From Candidatus Dormiibacterota bacterium (GTDB lineage Bacteria; Chloroflexota; Dormibacteria; Aeolococcales; Aeolococcaceae): a stretch of DNA of 64,000 nucleotides. The stretch lies in contig CAVWMH010000010.1 in assembly GCA_963756075.1 (NCBI GenBank), forward strand, positions 19,490 through 83,489, written 5' to 3'. The notes below the pieces were generated by a model that was not told the origin of the DNA, did no database searches, and saw only the letters and a program-made list of their open reading frames with translations. The translations under genes were made by a program, and so were the position numbers. Every line of letters begins with the position of its first letter. The stretch's first letter is position 1. Below, piece after piece: positions 1-8,614 of this stretch.

Positions 1-162
1 CTCGCCGCAGCCGGTGTGGTGGCGGGCGAGCTCGTCGCCATCGCCACCCGGGTGGGCGGCCCTCAGCTTGGAGCGCTCCACCCGGTCGCGGACGCGGTGG
101 GCGTCGTGCTCTTCGAAGTGACCGGCGCGGTCCTCGCGCCGGCGCGGCGCCGAGGGCCATAA
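1..162 (+). CDS. 3' end of an unidentified CDS (partial, enters from upstream of the window)
   Basis: Frame 1 is open from base 1 to TAA at 160-162 with G/C-rich third codon positions. The 53 aa (LAAAGVVAGELVAIATRVGG...) are too short to assign a family. Confidence 0.35.
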   Translation, partial: LAAAGVVAGELVAIATRVGGPQLGALHPVADAVGVVLFEVTGAVLAPARRRGP

Positions 163-193
163 TGCCCGGGTCGGCAATTCGGAGGCTCGTGGA

Positions 194-400
194 ATGCGTG
201 TTCCGTTCGGTAAGAAAGGCGTTGTGGCGGCGGGCGCGGCCATCACAGGCGCTGTGTTCTTCTGGCGCGTCCGAGCTCGCCGCCGTGAAGAAGCGGAGGC
301 TCGCGAATGGGAGGCCGAGATCGCCGGAGCCGTGGATGAGGGTCGCGCCGCCGGCACAGCAGCGCCGTCGATGCCCTCCTCCGAGCCGTCCAGCGCCTGA
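194..400 (+). CDS. small hypothetical membrane protein (68 aa)
   Basis: ORF track 194..400. GGAGG lies a few nt upstream of the ATG. One hydrophobic helix (GVVAAGAAITGAVFFW) is followed by a charged tail. No family recognised. Confidence 0.45.
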   Translation: MRVPFGKKGVVAAGAAITGAVFFWRVRARRREEAEAREWEAEIAGAVDEGRAAGTAAPSMPSSEPSSA

Positions 401-433
401 GCGCTCGGAACCTGCGGTTTCGGGGCTCGCGCG

Positions 434-889
434 GTGGGGTACGTAACCAGCGCGATGGGAACTGTCTCCGAACTCCGTCTGCCTGCTGATCGCGAGCACA
501 TCCTCGTCGCCAAGCGAGCAGCGGGGGCATTCGGGTCGCTGGCCGGTTTTGACATGGACGCCATCGACGACCTCACCATCGCGGTCGCCCAGGCATACGA
601 GAACGCGGTCCGCTGCCTCGAACACTCGGGATCGATTGCAGGGCAGGTCCGGATTGTGTTCAAGATGAGCGACACCGGCCTCGAGGTGACGGTGCGCAGC
701 ACGGTCAATCGCGAAGCCGAGCTCAGGGCGCGTGCGGAGCAGGCAGGATTCGGGCACGAGGGCGAGCTGGTCGGGGCAACCGACCTGGCGCTCAGGCTCA
801 TGGGGCTCTTTGTCGACGACAGCACGTACCGGGTCGACGAGCGAACTGGGAGCCTGCGCGTTCGGCTGACCAAATACAAGGCGTCGTGA
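434..889 (+). CDS. anti-sigma factor-like protein, RsbW/SpoIIAB-type HATPase fold (possibly degenerate kinase)
   Basis: ORF 434..889 (ATG at 455 is an alternative start). Layout resembles anti-sigma serine kinases (LTIAVAQAYENAV N-box-like, LEVTVRS, DLALRLMGLFVDD), but I see no clean DxGxG ATP lid. The stop overlaps the sigma-factor start (GTGA at 886-889). Confidence 0.6.
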   Translation: MGYVTSAMGTVSELRLPADREHILVAKRAAGAFGSLAGFDMDAIDDLTIAVAQAYENAVRCLEHSGSIAGQVRIVFKMSDTGLEVTVRSTVNREAELRARAEQAGFGHEGELVGATDLALRLMGLFVDDSTYRVDERTGSLRVRLTKYKAS

Positions 890-1704
890 CCCCGGCGCCG
901 GGGCGCGGCGACGGCGTGGCAACCCGCGAGCGGACGATTGCGAAGCCTGCCGAGACGGCTGAGCGAGCCGAGATGCGGCGCCTGCTTCGCGAGTTCAACA
1001 AGACGCGCGATCCGCGCATCCGCGAACGGCTCGTCGAGCTCAACAGCGACCTCGTCCACTACATCGCCCGTCGTTTTGCCAATCGTGGCGAGCCCCTCGA
1101 GGACATCGAGCAGGTCGGATTTCTCGGTCTCATCCAGGCAATCGAGCGGTTCGACCCATCCCTGGAGAACGAGTTCAGCACCTTCGCGACCCCGACCATC
1201 GCGGGCGAGATCCGGCGCCACTTTCGCGACCGCTCCTGGGCCGTCCGGGTTCCTCGCCGGCTCCAGGAGAACCTCGCCAAGGTGAACGCCGCAACCCAGC
1301 TGCTCCAGAACGAGCTGGGACGATCGCCGTCCGTTGCCGAGATCGGGGCGCGGGTCGGGCTCGAGCCCGATCAGGTGCTCGCGGCGATGGAGGTTGCCCC
1401 GGCGCAGCACACCGTCTCCCTCGACGGTCCGGTCGGCGGCGGTGACGAGCCGCTCACCCTGGGCGACCGCCTGGGGCTCTCGGATGACAACCTCGAACGC
1501 GTCGAGATGCAGGACGTGCTCGAGCAGGTGATGGCACACCTCACGCCGCGCGAGCGTCAGATCCTCGCGATGCGTTTCGTCGAGCAATTGCCGCAAACCG
1601 AGGTCGCAAAGCAACTCGGCATTTCACAAATGCACGTCTCACGATTGCAGCGCGCGGCAGTCGAGCACCTTCGCAAGGAGTTCGGGGCCGAGGCGCCCGT
1701 GTAG
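886..1704 (+). CDS. RNA polymerase sigma factor, SigB/SigF/SigG-type (sigma-70 family group 3)
   Basis: 272 aa. Region 2 (EDIEQVGFLGLIQAIERFDP, FSTFATPTIAGEIRRHFRD), region 3, and region 4 HTH (TEVAKQLGISQMHVSRLQRAAVEHL). Translationally coupled to the upstream anti-sigma-like gene. Confidence 0.9.
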   Translation: MTPAPGRGDGVATRERTIAKPAETAERAEMRRLLREFNKTRDPRIRERLVELNSDLVHYIARRFANRGEPLEDIEQVGFLGLIQAIERFDPSLENEFSTFATPTIAGEIRRHFRDRSWAVRVPRRLQENLAKVNAATQLLQNELGRSPSVAEIGARVGLEPDQVLAAMEVAPAQHTVSLDGPVGGGDEPLTLGDRLGLSDDNLERVEMQDVLEQVMAHLTPRERQILAMRFVEQLPQTEVAKQLGISQMHVSRLQRAAVEHLRKEFGAEAPV

Positions 1705-1729
1705 AATTCGACAACTTGCTGTCGAATTC
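1704..1729 (+). promoter_or_regulatory. perfect 10-bp inverted repeat (GAATTCGACA-acttgc-TGTCGAATTC) between the sigma-factor stop and the alaS start
   Basis: Read directly from the sequence. The left arm starts at the last base of the sigma-factor TAG stop. The right arm ends 2 nt before the TTG/GTG alaS start. It is AT-richer than its surroundings. Could be a terminator stem or an operator. Confidence 0.5.
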
Positions 1730-1731
1730 CT

Positions 1732-4329
1732 TTGCACGTGCTCAGCTCTGAGATCCGGGAGCGATTTCTTCGCTTCTTCGAAGACCGCGGGCACTACCAA
1801 CTCGCGAGCTTTCCGCTCATTCCCCACGACGATCCGTCGCTTCTCTTCACCGTGGCCGGAATGGTGCCGTTGAAGCCATGGATCACCGGGCAGCGCACGC
1901 CGCCGTCGCGCGACCTCGCCTCGTGTCAGAAATGCTTTCGTGCCGACGACATCGCGTCGGTCGGCGACCCGACGCACCACACGTTTTTCGAGATGCTCGG
2001 CAACTGGTCGATCGGCCACTATTTCAAAGAGGGCGCGATCGATTACGCGTGGGAATTCTCAACTGACGTCCTCGGTCTCGACCCCGCCCGGCTCTGGCCG
2101 AGCATCTATCCCGACGACGTCGAGTCCGAGCGGCTCTGGGTTGAGAAGATCGGCGTCCCCAGGGAGCGGATCTCGCGCCTCACCGAGAACTGGTGGGCCG
2201 CAGGCCCCACCGGCCCCTGTGGGTACGACAGCGAGATCTACTTCGACTGGGGCGGCCCGTGTTCCTGCGGCCGCACCGACTGCACGCCCCAGGATGAATG
2301 CGGAGGCGACCGCTTCGAGGAGTACTGGAACCTGGTGTTCATGGAGTTCGACCAGCAGCCGGACGGGTCGCTACCGCTCCTGCCCAACCCAACGGTCGAC
2401 ACCGGGCTGGGCTTCGATCGGATCGTGGCGATCGTCCAGGGCGATCGTTCCGGGTATGGCACGGACCACCTCGCGCCGATCGTCGACGGCTTCCGGTCTC
2501 GGGCAGGCGCCGGGATCACAGATCCGAGCCTCGAGCGGTCTCTCTACGTCCTCGCCGACCACCTTCGTGGCGCAGGGTTCCTGATCGCCGCAGGGGTGCT
2601 CCCGGCCAACGAGGGGCGCGGCTACGTGCTCCGCAGGATCATCCGGCGCGCCGCCGTGGACGCCCGCCGCGTCGCCCTCAAAGGCGGCCTCGCGGCCGGC
2701 ACCGGCGACCTGGTCGGCGTGATGGGCCCGGTCTACCCGGAGCTCGTCGAGTTCCGCGGGCTGATCGAGCAGACGCTGGGTGTGGAAGAGGAGGCGTTCG
2801 CTCGAACCCTTGATGCGGGCACCGAGCGGCTCGCAGCGCTGCTGTCGAGAAACCCGACTCAGATCGACGGCGCCGACGCATTCCGTCTCTATGACACCTT
2901 CGGGCTCCCAATCGAGTTAACGGTCGAGATGGCAGCCGAGCGTGGGGCGACGGTCGACCTCGACGGATTCGAGTCGGCCATGCGAGAGCAACGCGAGCGA
3001 GGTCAGGCGTCAGCGCGCCGCGTCGGCTTCGCGGGAGCCGGCACCCTGCCGCCGACGCGCTTCATCGGCTACGACTCGCTCGAGACCGACGCGACCGTTC
3101 TCCGCATCGGCCTCGATCGCGAGATCGCGGCGCTCGGAGCAGGGGAGAGCGGTGCCGTGCTCCTCGATGTCTCGCCGTTCTACGCGGAGGCGGGAGGACA
3201 GGTTGGCGACACGGGGTCGCTCACGTGGGCCGGTGGGCACGCGCACGTTCGCGACACCCAGCCGGTTGCCGGGAGCGACGCACGCGCACACGATGTCGTC
3301 GTGCAAACCGGTGAGCTCCGCTCCGGGCAGCAGGTCCGCGCCGAGGTCGACGCCGACCGGCGCGCGCGGATCGCACGCCATCACAGCGCAACCCACCTGC
3401 TCAATCGGGCACTGCGCGAGGTGCTCGGCGACGGCGTCGTGCAACGCGGCTCGTTCGTGGGCCCGGACCACACCACCTTCGACTTCGCCTTCCCCAGGGC
3501 CCTCACCCCCGAGGAACTTACGGACATCGAACACCGCGTCAATGACGGGATCCGGCGCAACCTTCAGCGCACCGTCGAACTCATGCCACTCGCAGACGCA
3601 CGGGCGAGCGGCGCCATCGCGCTGATCGACGAGGCGTACTCGCCCGACGTGCGGGTGGTCGACTTCGGCGGTTGGTCACGCGAGCTGTGCGGCGGCACGC
3701 ACGTGACCAGAAGTGGCGACCTGGGCGCCGCGATCATCGTGTCCGAGAGCAGCATCGGCCAGGGCATCCGGCGCATCGAGATGGTGTCCGGGGAGAGCGC
3801 CGAGGAACGCTGGAGGCGCACCGGAGCCGCGCTGCAGACGACTGCCCGAGCACTCAAGACCCGCCCCGAGGAGGTCCCCGAGCGGGTGGCCGCACTCCAG
3901 GAGCAGGTCCGGAAGCTCACCCGCGAGGTCACGCACTCGCGCCAGGCAGCGCCCTCGAACGTTGCGACGGACGCCGCCATCGTCGAGGACGCCGGAGGGG
4001 TGCCTTTCGCGCATCTCCTGCTCGACGGCGACGTCGACGCTGACGGCGTCTCCCAGGCCGGCGATCACCTGCTTGCCGACCGGCTCCACGGTGATGGCGT
4101 CGCGGCCGTGCTCGGCGCGGCGACGCTCGTGGTCAAAGTCGGCGGGCGCGCACTCGAGGCCGGAGTCCACGCGGGCACCCTGGTGACCAGCGCGGCGCAG
4201 ATCACCGGGGGCAGGGGCGGGGGGCGCCCGGACCTGGGTCGCGGCAAGGTGGGCGATCCGGCCAAACGTGAGGCGGCCGTCGCCGCGCTGCGCGACGCGA
4301 TCACCGAGACGATGGGGCACGCAGCCTGA
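1732..4329 (+). CDS. alaS: alanine--tRNA ligase
   Basis: 865 aa. HHTFFEMLGNWS motif, class II core, editing-domain HxxxH region (HHSATHLL), C-terminal DHHA1-like GGGRPD. Start is TTG 1732 or GTG 1738. Confidence 0.97.
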   Translation: MHVLSSEIRERFLRFFEDRGHYQLASFPLIPHDDPSLLFTVAGMVPLKPWITGQRTPPSRDLASCQKCFRADDIASVGDPTHHTFFEMLGNWSIGHYFKEGAIDYAWEFSTDVLGLDPARLWPSIYPDDVESERLWVEKIGVPRERISRLTENWWAAGPTGPCGYDSEIYFDWGGPCSCGRTDCTPQDECGGDRFEEYWNLVFMEFDQQPDGSLPLLPNPTVDTGLGFDRIVAIVQGDRSGYGTDHLAPIVDGFRSRAGAGITDPSLERSLYVLADHLRGAGFLIAAGVLPANEGRGYVLRRIIRRAAVDARRVALKGGLAAGTGDLVGVMGPVYPELVEFRGLIEQTLGVEEEAFARTLDAGTERLAALLSRNPTQIDGADAFRLYDTFGLPIELTVEMAAERGATVDLDGFESAMREQRERGQASARRVGFAGAGTLPPTRFIGYDSLETDATVLRIGLDREIAALGAGESGAVLLDVSPFYAEAGGQVGDTGSLTWAGGHAHVRDTQPVAGSDARAHDVVVQTGELRSGQQVRAEVDADRRARIARHHSATHLLNRALREVLGDGVVQRGSFVGPDHTTFDFAFPRALTPEELTDIEHRVNDGIRRNLQRTVELMPLADARASGAIALIDEAYSPDVRVVDFGGWSRELCGGTHVTRSGDLGAAIIVSESSIGQGIRRIEMVSGESAEERWRRTGAALQTTARALKTRPEEVPERVAALQEQVRKLTREVTHSRQAAPSNVATDAAIVEDAGGVPFAHLLLDGDVDADGVSQAGDHLLADRLHGDGVAAVLGAATLVVKVGGRALEAGVHAGTLVTSAAQITGGRGGGRPDLGRGKVGDPAKREAAVAALRDAITETMGHAA

Positions 4330-5594
4330 TGGGAAAGCGAAAGTTCGCCCTGCTCAAGCGGCGCGAGGAATTCCAGAGCCACTTCACGGTCCTCGACATC
4401 GGCACCGAGTTCGTCAAGGCGCTGATCGTCAAGCGGGAGAACGACAAAGGCATCGTCCTTGGCGTCGGCAAGGTTCGCCAGGCGCAGTCGCACATGCAGG
4501 CCGGCGCCGTTGCGGACCTCCAGGCGGTCATCGACAACTGCGACCGTGCGCTCACCGAAGCCGAGGACATGTGCGAGACCATCCCCGGTCAGGCGGTCAT
4601 CGGCATCGCCGGTGAGCAGGTCCGCGGCTTCAGCACCACCATGACCATGCCGAGGCCGCAGCCACAGGCACGCATCACCCAGGCGGACCTCGCCACCGCG
4701 CTGCAGGCGGTGCAGCGGCGAGCGCTCCGCGAAGCGGTGCGCCAGATGTCGCATGACCTCGGCGTCCAGGAGGTCAACGTCAAGCTGGTCCACAGCACGA
4801 TCACGGCGGTGCGCATCGACGGGTACGCAGTCAGCAACCCGGTGGACTTCCAGGGACACGTCGTCGAGATCACCGTGTTCAACACGTTCGCTCCTCTGAC
4901 GCACATCGGCGCGCTCCAGGCCATCGCCCAGGAGCTCGACCTCGAGCTCGTGGCCACGGTGGCCGAGCCGTATGCGCTGGCGCGCGGTTGCGCGTCAGCG
5001 GAGTCGCATGAGCTGGGCGCCATCTTCGTGGATGTCGGCGGCGGAACCACCGACATCGCCGTCGTCCGCCGGGGCGGCATCGAGGCGACCCGGATGTTCG
5101 CATTGGGCGGGCGCTCCTTCACCAAGCGACTCGCAACGGATCTCGCGATGGACCTCGACGAGGCGGAGCGTTTCAAAGTCGCGCATTCCGAGGGGCACCT
5201 CGCCGCCGAGCAGAGCGCCATGGCTCGCAGGGCCCTGACCCCCACAGCCGAGGTCCTTGCGCAAGGCGTCGCGCTCACCCTCGAGGAGCTGGCCGGCCCG
5301 GACCCCCTTCCTGGGTCGATCTGCCTGGCCGGAGGTGGCGCCGCGCTGCCGGAAGTTGCCGAGCAGCTGCGCAGCCTGGACTGGTCGGACACCGTGCCTT
5401 TCGTCCGTCCGCCAACGGTCAAAGTCCTCGGACCAGACGACGTCACGGGCGTCTATGACACGACCGGCCTGCTCGTCGGCAGCCAGGACGTAACCCCGAT
5501 GGGGCTTGCGCGACACGCCGTGACGCTGGAAGATGACACGGACGAGCCCCTCGGCGGGCTCATGCGCCGCGTTTTGAAGACGATGAAGGTATAG
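4329..5594 (+). CDS. FtsA/PilM-like actin-fold ATPase
   Basis: 421 aa. Phosphate-1/2 and adenosine-like motifs (VLDIGTEFVKALIV, IFVDVGGGTTDIAVV, ICLAGGGAALPEVAE). C-terminal basic amphipathic stretch LGGLMRRVLKTMKV. The start overlaps the alaS stop by 1 nt (TGATG). Confidence 0.75.
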   Translation: MGKRKFALLKRREEFQSHFTVLDIGTEFVKALIVKRENDKGIVLGVGKVRQAQSHMQAGAVADLQAVIDNCDRALTEAEDMCETIPGQAVIGIAGEQVRGFSTTMTMPRPQPQARITQADLATALQAVQRRALREAVRQMSHDLGVQEVNVKLVHSTITAVRIDGYAVSNPVDFQGHVVEITVFNTFAPLTHIGALQAIAQELDLELVATVAEPYALARGCASAESHELGAIFVDVGGGTTDIAVVRRGGIEATRMFALGGRSFTKRLATDLAMDLDEAERFKVAHSEGHLAAEQSAMARRALTPTAEVLAQGVALTLEELAGPDPLPGSICLAGGGAALPEVAEQLRSLDWSDTVPFVRPPTVKVLGPDDVTGVYDTTGLLVGSQDVTPMGLARHAVTLEDDTDEPLGGLMRRVLKTMKV

Positions 5595-5600
5595 GCGCCG

Positions 5601-7323
5601 ATGCCGGCTGTTGTCATTGCCAAGTCCGACGACGAGATCGCTGATCTCATCGATCGGGTTCGCTCGTCCCCGGATCTTGACGTCGGGCTCGTCGTACCCG
5701 GCTCCAGCCGCGCTTTGCAGACGCCCCTCAACGTGCGCCTGCTTGCTCAGTTCAGCAGCCAATCCGGCCGCCGGACCTCGATCGTCACCGAGGATCAACG
5801 GGTCCAGCAGCTGGCTCGAGCGAGCGGCCTCCAGGTCTATGGGTCAGTGCCGGCCTTCGAGCGTGGCATCGAGCTGGCGGGCCCTCGGATGGGCGGTTCG
5901 TCGGTGGGCCGCGGGGTTGTCGCGGGCGCAGGCGGCGCTGCCGCAGCCGTGCTGGAACCGCCGCCGGCTCCGCCCCCCGCGCCACCGTCGCTCAGCCCGC
6001 CGGCACACGCTCCGGCGACCGCGCGACTGGAACCGCGTCGCGTGCTCACCCAGCTTCCACCGGCGCGCCCCGCGCGCGGATGGGACCGCCGCCGCTTCCT
6101 CTACGTTGCGGGAGCCGTTGTCGCCATCCTCGGCATCGTCCTGTTCATGGCGCTGGCGCCGTCGGCAAAGGTCACCATCACCATCGCGGCAACGCCGCTG
6201 TCGGTCAGCCCCACCATTCAGGGAAGCACCAGCCCGGCCACGGCGACCCAGCCCGACCACGTGCTGACCGGCGTGATCACGAGCGCCTCCTCGCAGACGT
6301 TTCAGGCGACTCCGACCGGAACTACCACGCTCCCGGCCGTTGCCGCGAAGGTAACTCTGACGTTCACGACCGACGCGACTCAGCGATATCTCGTTTGCGC
6401 TGCCCGCGAACAACCCCAGCTCATTCGTCAAGACCGCCGACCAATCGGTCACATTCGGCCCCGCGAAAAGCGCCGTGATCTGTATCGGTCCTGCCAATCC
6501 GCCGCCGTCAGGGGCCTGCGCAGGCAGCCCGTACAACGCACAGGCGCAGTACGTGGCTCAGACGCCGGCAGCGTCTGGCAACGTCGGCTCCGGGACCCTC
6601 ACGCTGTGGCAGGGAGACCCTTGCCCTGATCCCATAGCCTGCCCCGGGACCCACATCAGCGTCACCAACAGCAGCTCCGCAACCGGAGGCGCTGACCCCA
6701 AGCAGACCACGGCGGCGACGGCGACCGACGTCGCCAACTGGACGGCACAGGTGACCCAGATCGAGAATGCGCTCGGAGCGCAGATGCAGACCGACCTCCT
6801 GGCGAGGGCGGCGGGAAAGACCATCGCCAAGGATCCGACCGGTAATGGCGAGGTCGTCGCTTTCTCGGGAGCCAAGCCGGCGCTCCCGGCGGCCAACGCG
6901 CCATTCGCAGCGACCCAGATCACCATCGGGGCCTCGGCGCAGGCGTCCATCTACGATCCCATCGCGGTCCGCAATGACGTCATCGCAGACCTCGACAAGC
7001 TCGTGAAACCCGGCGACGAACTTGCGCCGGGCAGGCTGAACACGCCGCCGTGCGCGGTGACCCAGGCGAACGACGCCGGCACGGTCGTCCTCGCGTGCTC
7101 GGCGACCGACTTCAGCCAGCCGATGGTCAACCTGAACACGCTCAAGGCGCACCTCACGGGGCGGAACCCGGGAAGCGCGCAGGAGATTGTGAAAAGCAAC
7201 ATCGCCAAGGTCCAGGGCGTGACGGTTTCCGAGTGGCCGTTCAAGCTCTTCTATCTGCCGCTGCGAGCGTCGCAGATCGAGATCGACGAGAACTTCGTCG
7301 TCATCTCCACCAAGTCACCGTGA
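5601..7323 (+). CDS. bitopic membrane protein of unknown function (about 573 aa if one surplus base near 6361-6401 is removed)
   Basis: ORFs 5601..6629 (frame 0) and 6475..7323 (frame 1) join into one protein. It has a soluble N-domain, a Pro/Ala linker, a TM helix FLYVAGAVVAILGIVLFMALA, and a Thr/Ala-rich exported domain with Cys pairs. Frame 1 is closed by TAA/TGA until 6360. Protein-like frame-1 sequence (DISFALPANNPSSFVKTADQSVTF) starts right after that. Confidence 0.6.
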
Positions 7324-7781
7324 CCCCGACCGGGGGCGGTTCGGGTCGCACCCGGGTCCTCGGCATCGACGTCGGCTCCGTGCGCATCGGCCTCGCCATT
7401 TCCGACGAGACGTGCACGATCGCGTCCCCGCTTGCAACAGTCCCCAACGGATCCCGAACCCTGTGGCCACGCATCAAACGCGAGATGGAAGATCGTCAGG
7501 TGGACACAGTGGTCATCGGATTGCCCCGCCGGCTTGACGGCAGCGAGGGCGACGCGGCCCGGAGTGCGCGGGCATTCGCGGCGGAGTTGACCCGGAGGAC
7601 CGCGATCGACGTCGAGCTCTGGGACGAACGGTTCACGACGACGATCGCCGAGCGATCCCTCATCGAGAGCGGCGTGCGCCGAAAGCGCCGGCGCGAGGTG
7701 ATCGATGCCGTTGCGGCCGCGGTGCTGCTCCAGAGCTGGCTCGATGCACGCCGGATCGCTGCGGCACGCTCGAACCCGTGA
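7320..7781 (+). CDS. ruvX: Holliday-junction-resolvase-like pre-16S rRNA nuclease YqgF/RuvX
   Basis: VLGIDVGSVRIGLAISD ... DTVVIGLPRRLDGSEG ... WDERFTT motifs. An in-frame GTG at 7320 overlaps the upstream stop (GTGA). The longer ORF-track start at 7050 overlaps the previous gene. Confidence 0.9.
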   Translation: MTPTGGGSGRTRVLGIDVGSVRIGLAISDETCTIASPLATVPNGSRTLWPRIKREMEDRQVDTVVIGLPRRLDGSEGDAARSARAFAAELTRRTAIDVELWDERFTTTIAERSLIESGVRRKRRREVIDAVAAAVLLQSWLDARRIAAARSNP

Positions 7782-8614
7782 GCACGTCGCCGCTTCGCCT
7801 CTGCCTCGTCGGCGCGGGCATCTCTCATTCGCCGAGCCCCGCGCTGCACCAGGCTGCGATGCAGTCCTCCGGCATCGAGGGCACCTACGTGCTGCGCGAC
7901 CTCGAGCCGCCGGACATCGATGGCTTCGTCGAGGAATTGCGCAGGGGACGCTACGCGGGATGCAACGTCACGACGCCGTACAAGGCGGTGCTGGCGGATC
8001 GTTGCGACCGCCTCGAGGGTGATGCCGAGTCGCTCGGGGTCGTCAACACCATCAGCGTTCGCGGTGGCCGTCTCATCGGCGTCACCACCGACGCGGACGG
8101 CTTCGAGCTCGCCCTCAGCCGCGAGTCGATGTGGCCCCGACAGGGAGCGACGGCGTTGGTGCTCGGCGCGGGCGGAGCGGCCGCAGCTGTTGCCCTGGCG
8201 CTCACGCGGGTGCCGCTCCTTCGTCTGCGCATCGCAGCGCGTGCGCAGACGTCGGCGGGCAACGTCGCCGACCGGTTGCGGGGATCCGGTGACATCGCGA
8301 CGGTGCCGTGGGATCGAGGCGCCATCGCAGCGACCTGCGCCCACTCGGCGATCGTGGTCAACGCGACGCCGGTTGGACTGGAGGCACTGCCGTTCGAACC
8401 GCGCGCAATTCCCCCCGCGTGCAGCGTCGTCGACCTTCGATACCGTCCGCGCCCCGTCGACGTCGTGGCCGCCGCCATCGAAAGTGGACACCGTGCGTGC
8501 GACGGGCTCGAGATGCTCCTGCAGCAGGGGTTGCTGAGCTTCGAGATCTGGACCGGGAAGGTCGCCCCGCCCGGCGCGGTGCGCAGCGCGTTGCTCCGGG
8601 CTGTCGAGGCGTGA
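7778..8614 (+). CDS. aroE: shikimate dehydrogenase
   Basis: 278 aa. SHSPSPALH, NVTTPYK, NTI, GAGGAA motifs. GTGA overlap with ruvX. Confidence 0.9.
   Translation: MSTSPLRLCLVGAGISHSPSPALHQAAMQSSGIEGTYVLRDLEPPDIDGFVEELRRGRYAGCNVTTPYKAVLADRCDRLEGDAESLGVVNTISVRGGRLIGVTTDADGFELALSRESMWPRQGATALVLGAGGAAAAVALALTRVPLLRLRIAARAQTSAGNVADRLRGSGDIATVPWDRGAIAATCAHSAIVVNATPVGLEALPFEPRAIPPACSVVDLRYRPRPVDVVAAAIESGHRACDGLEMLLQQGLLSFEIWTGKVAPPGAVRSALLRAVEA

Noticed and set aside
162-530. Overlapping ORFs 162..446(+) and 243..530(-)
   Set aside because: Arg/Pro-rich translations overlap the better-supported 194..400 ORF (SD, TM helix) and the anti-sigma-like gene. They are likely GC-driven artefacts.
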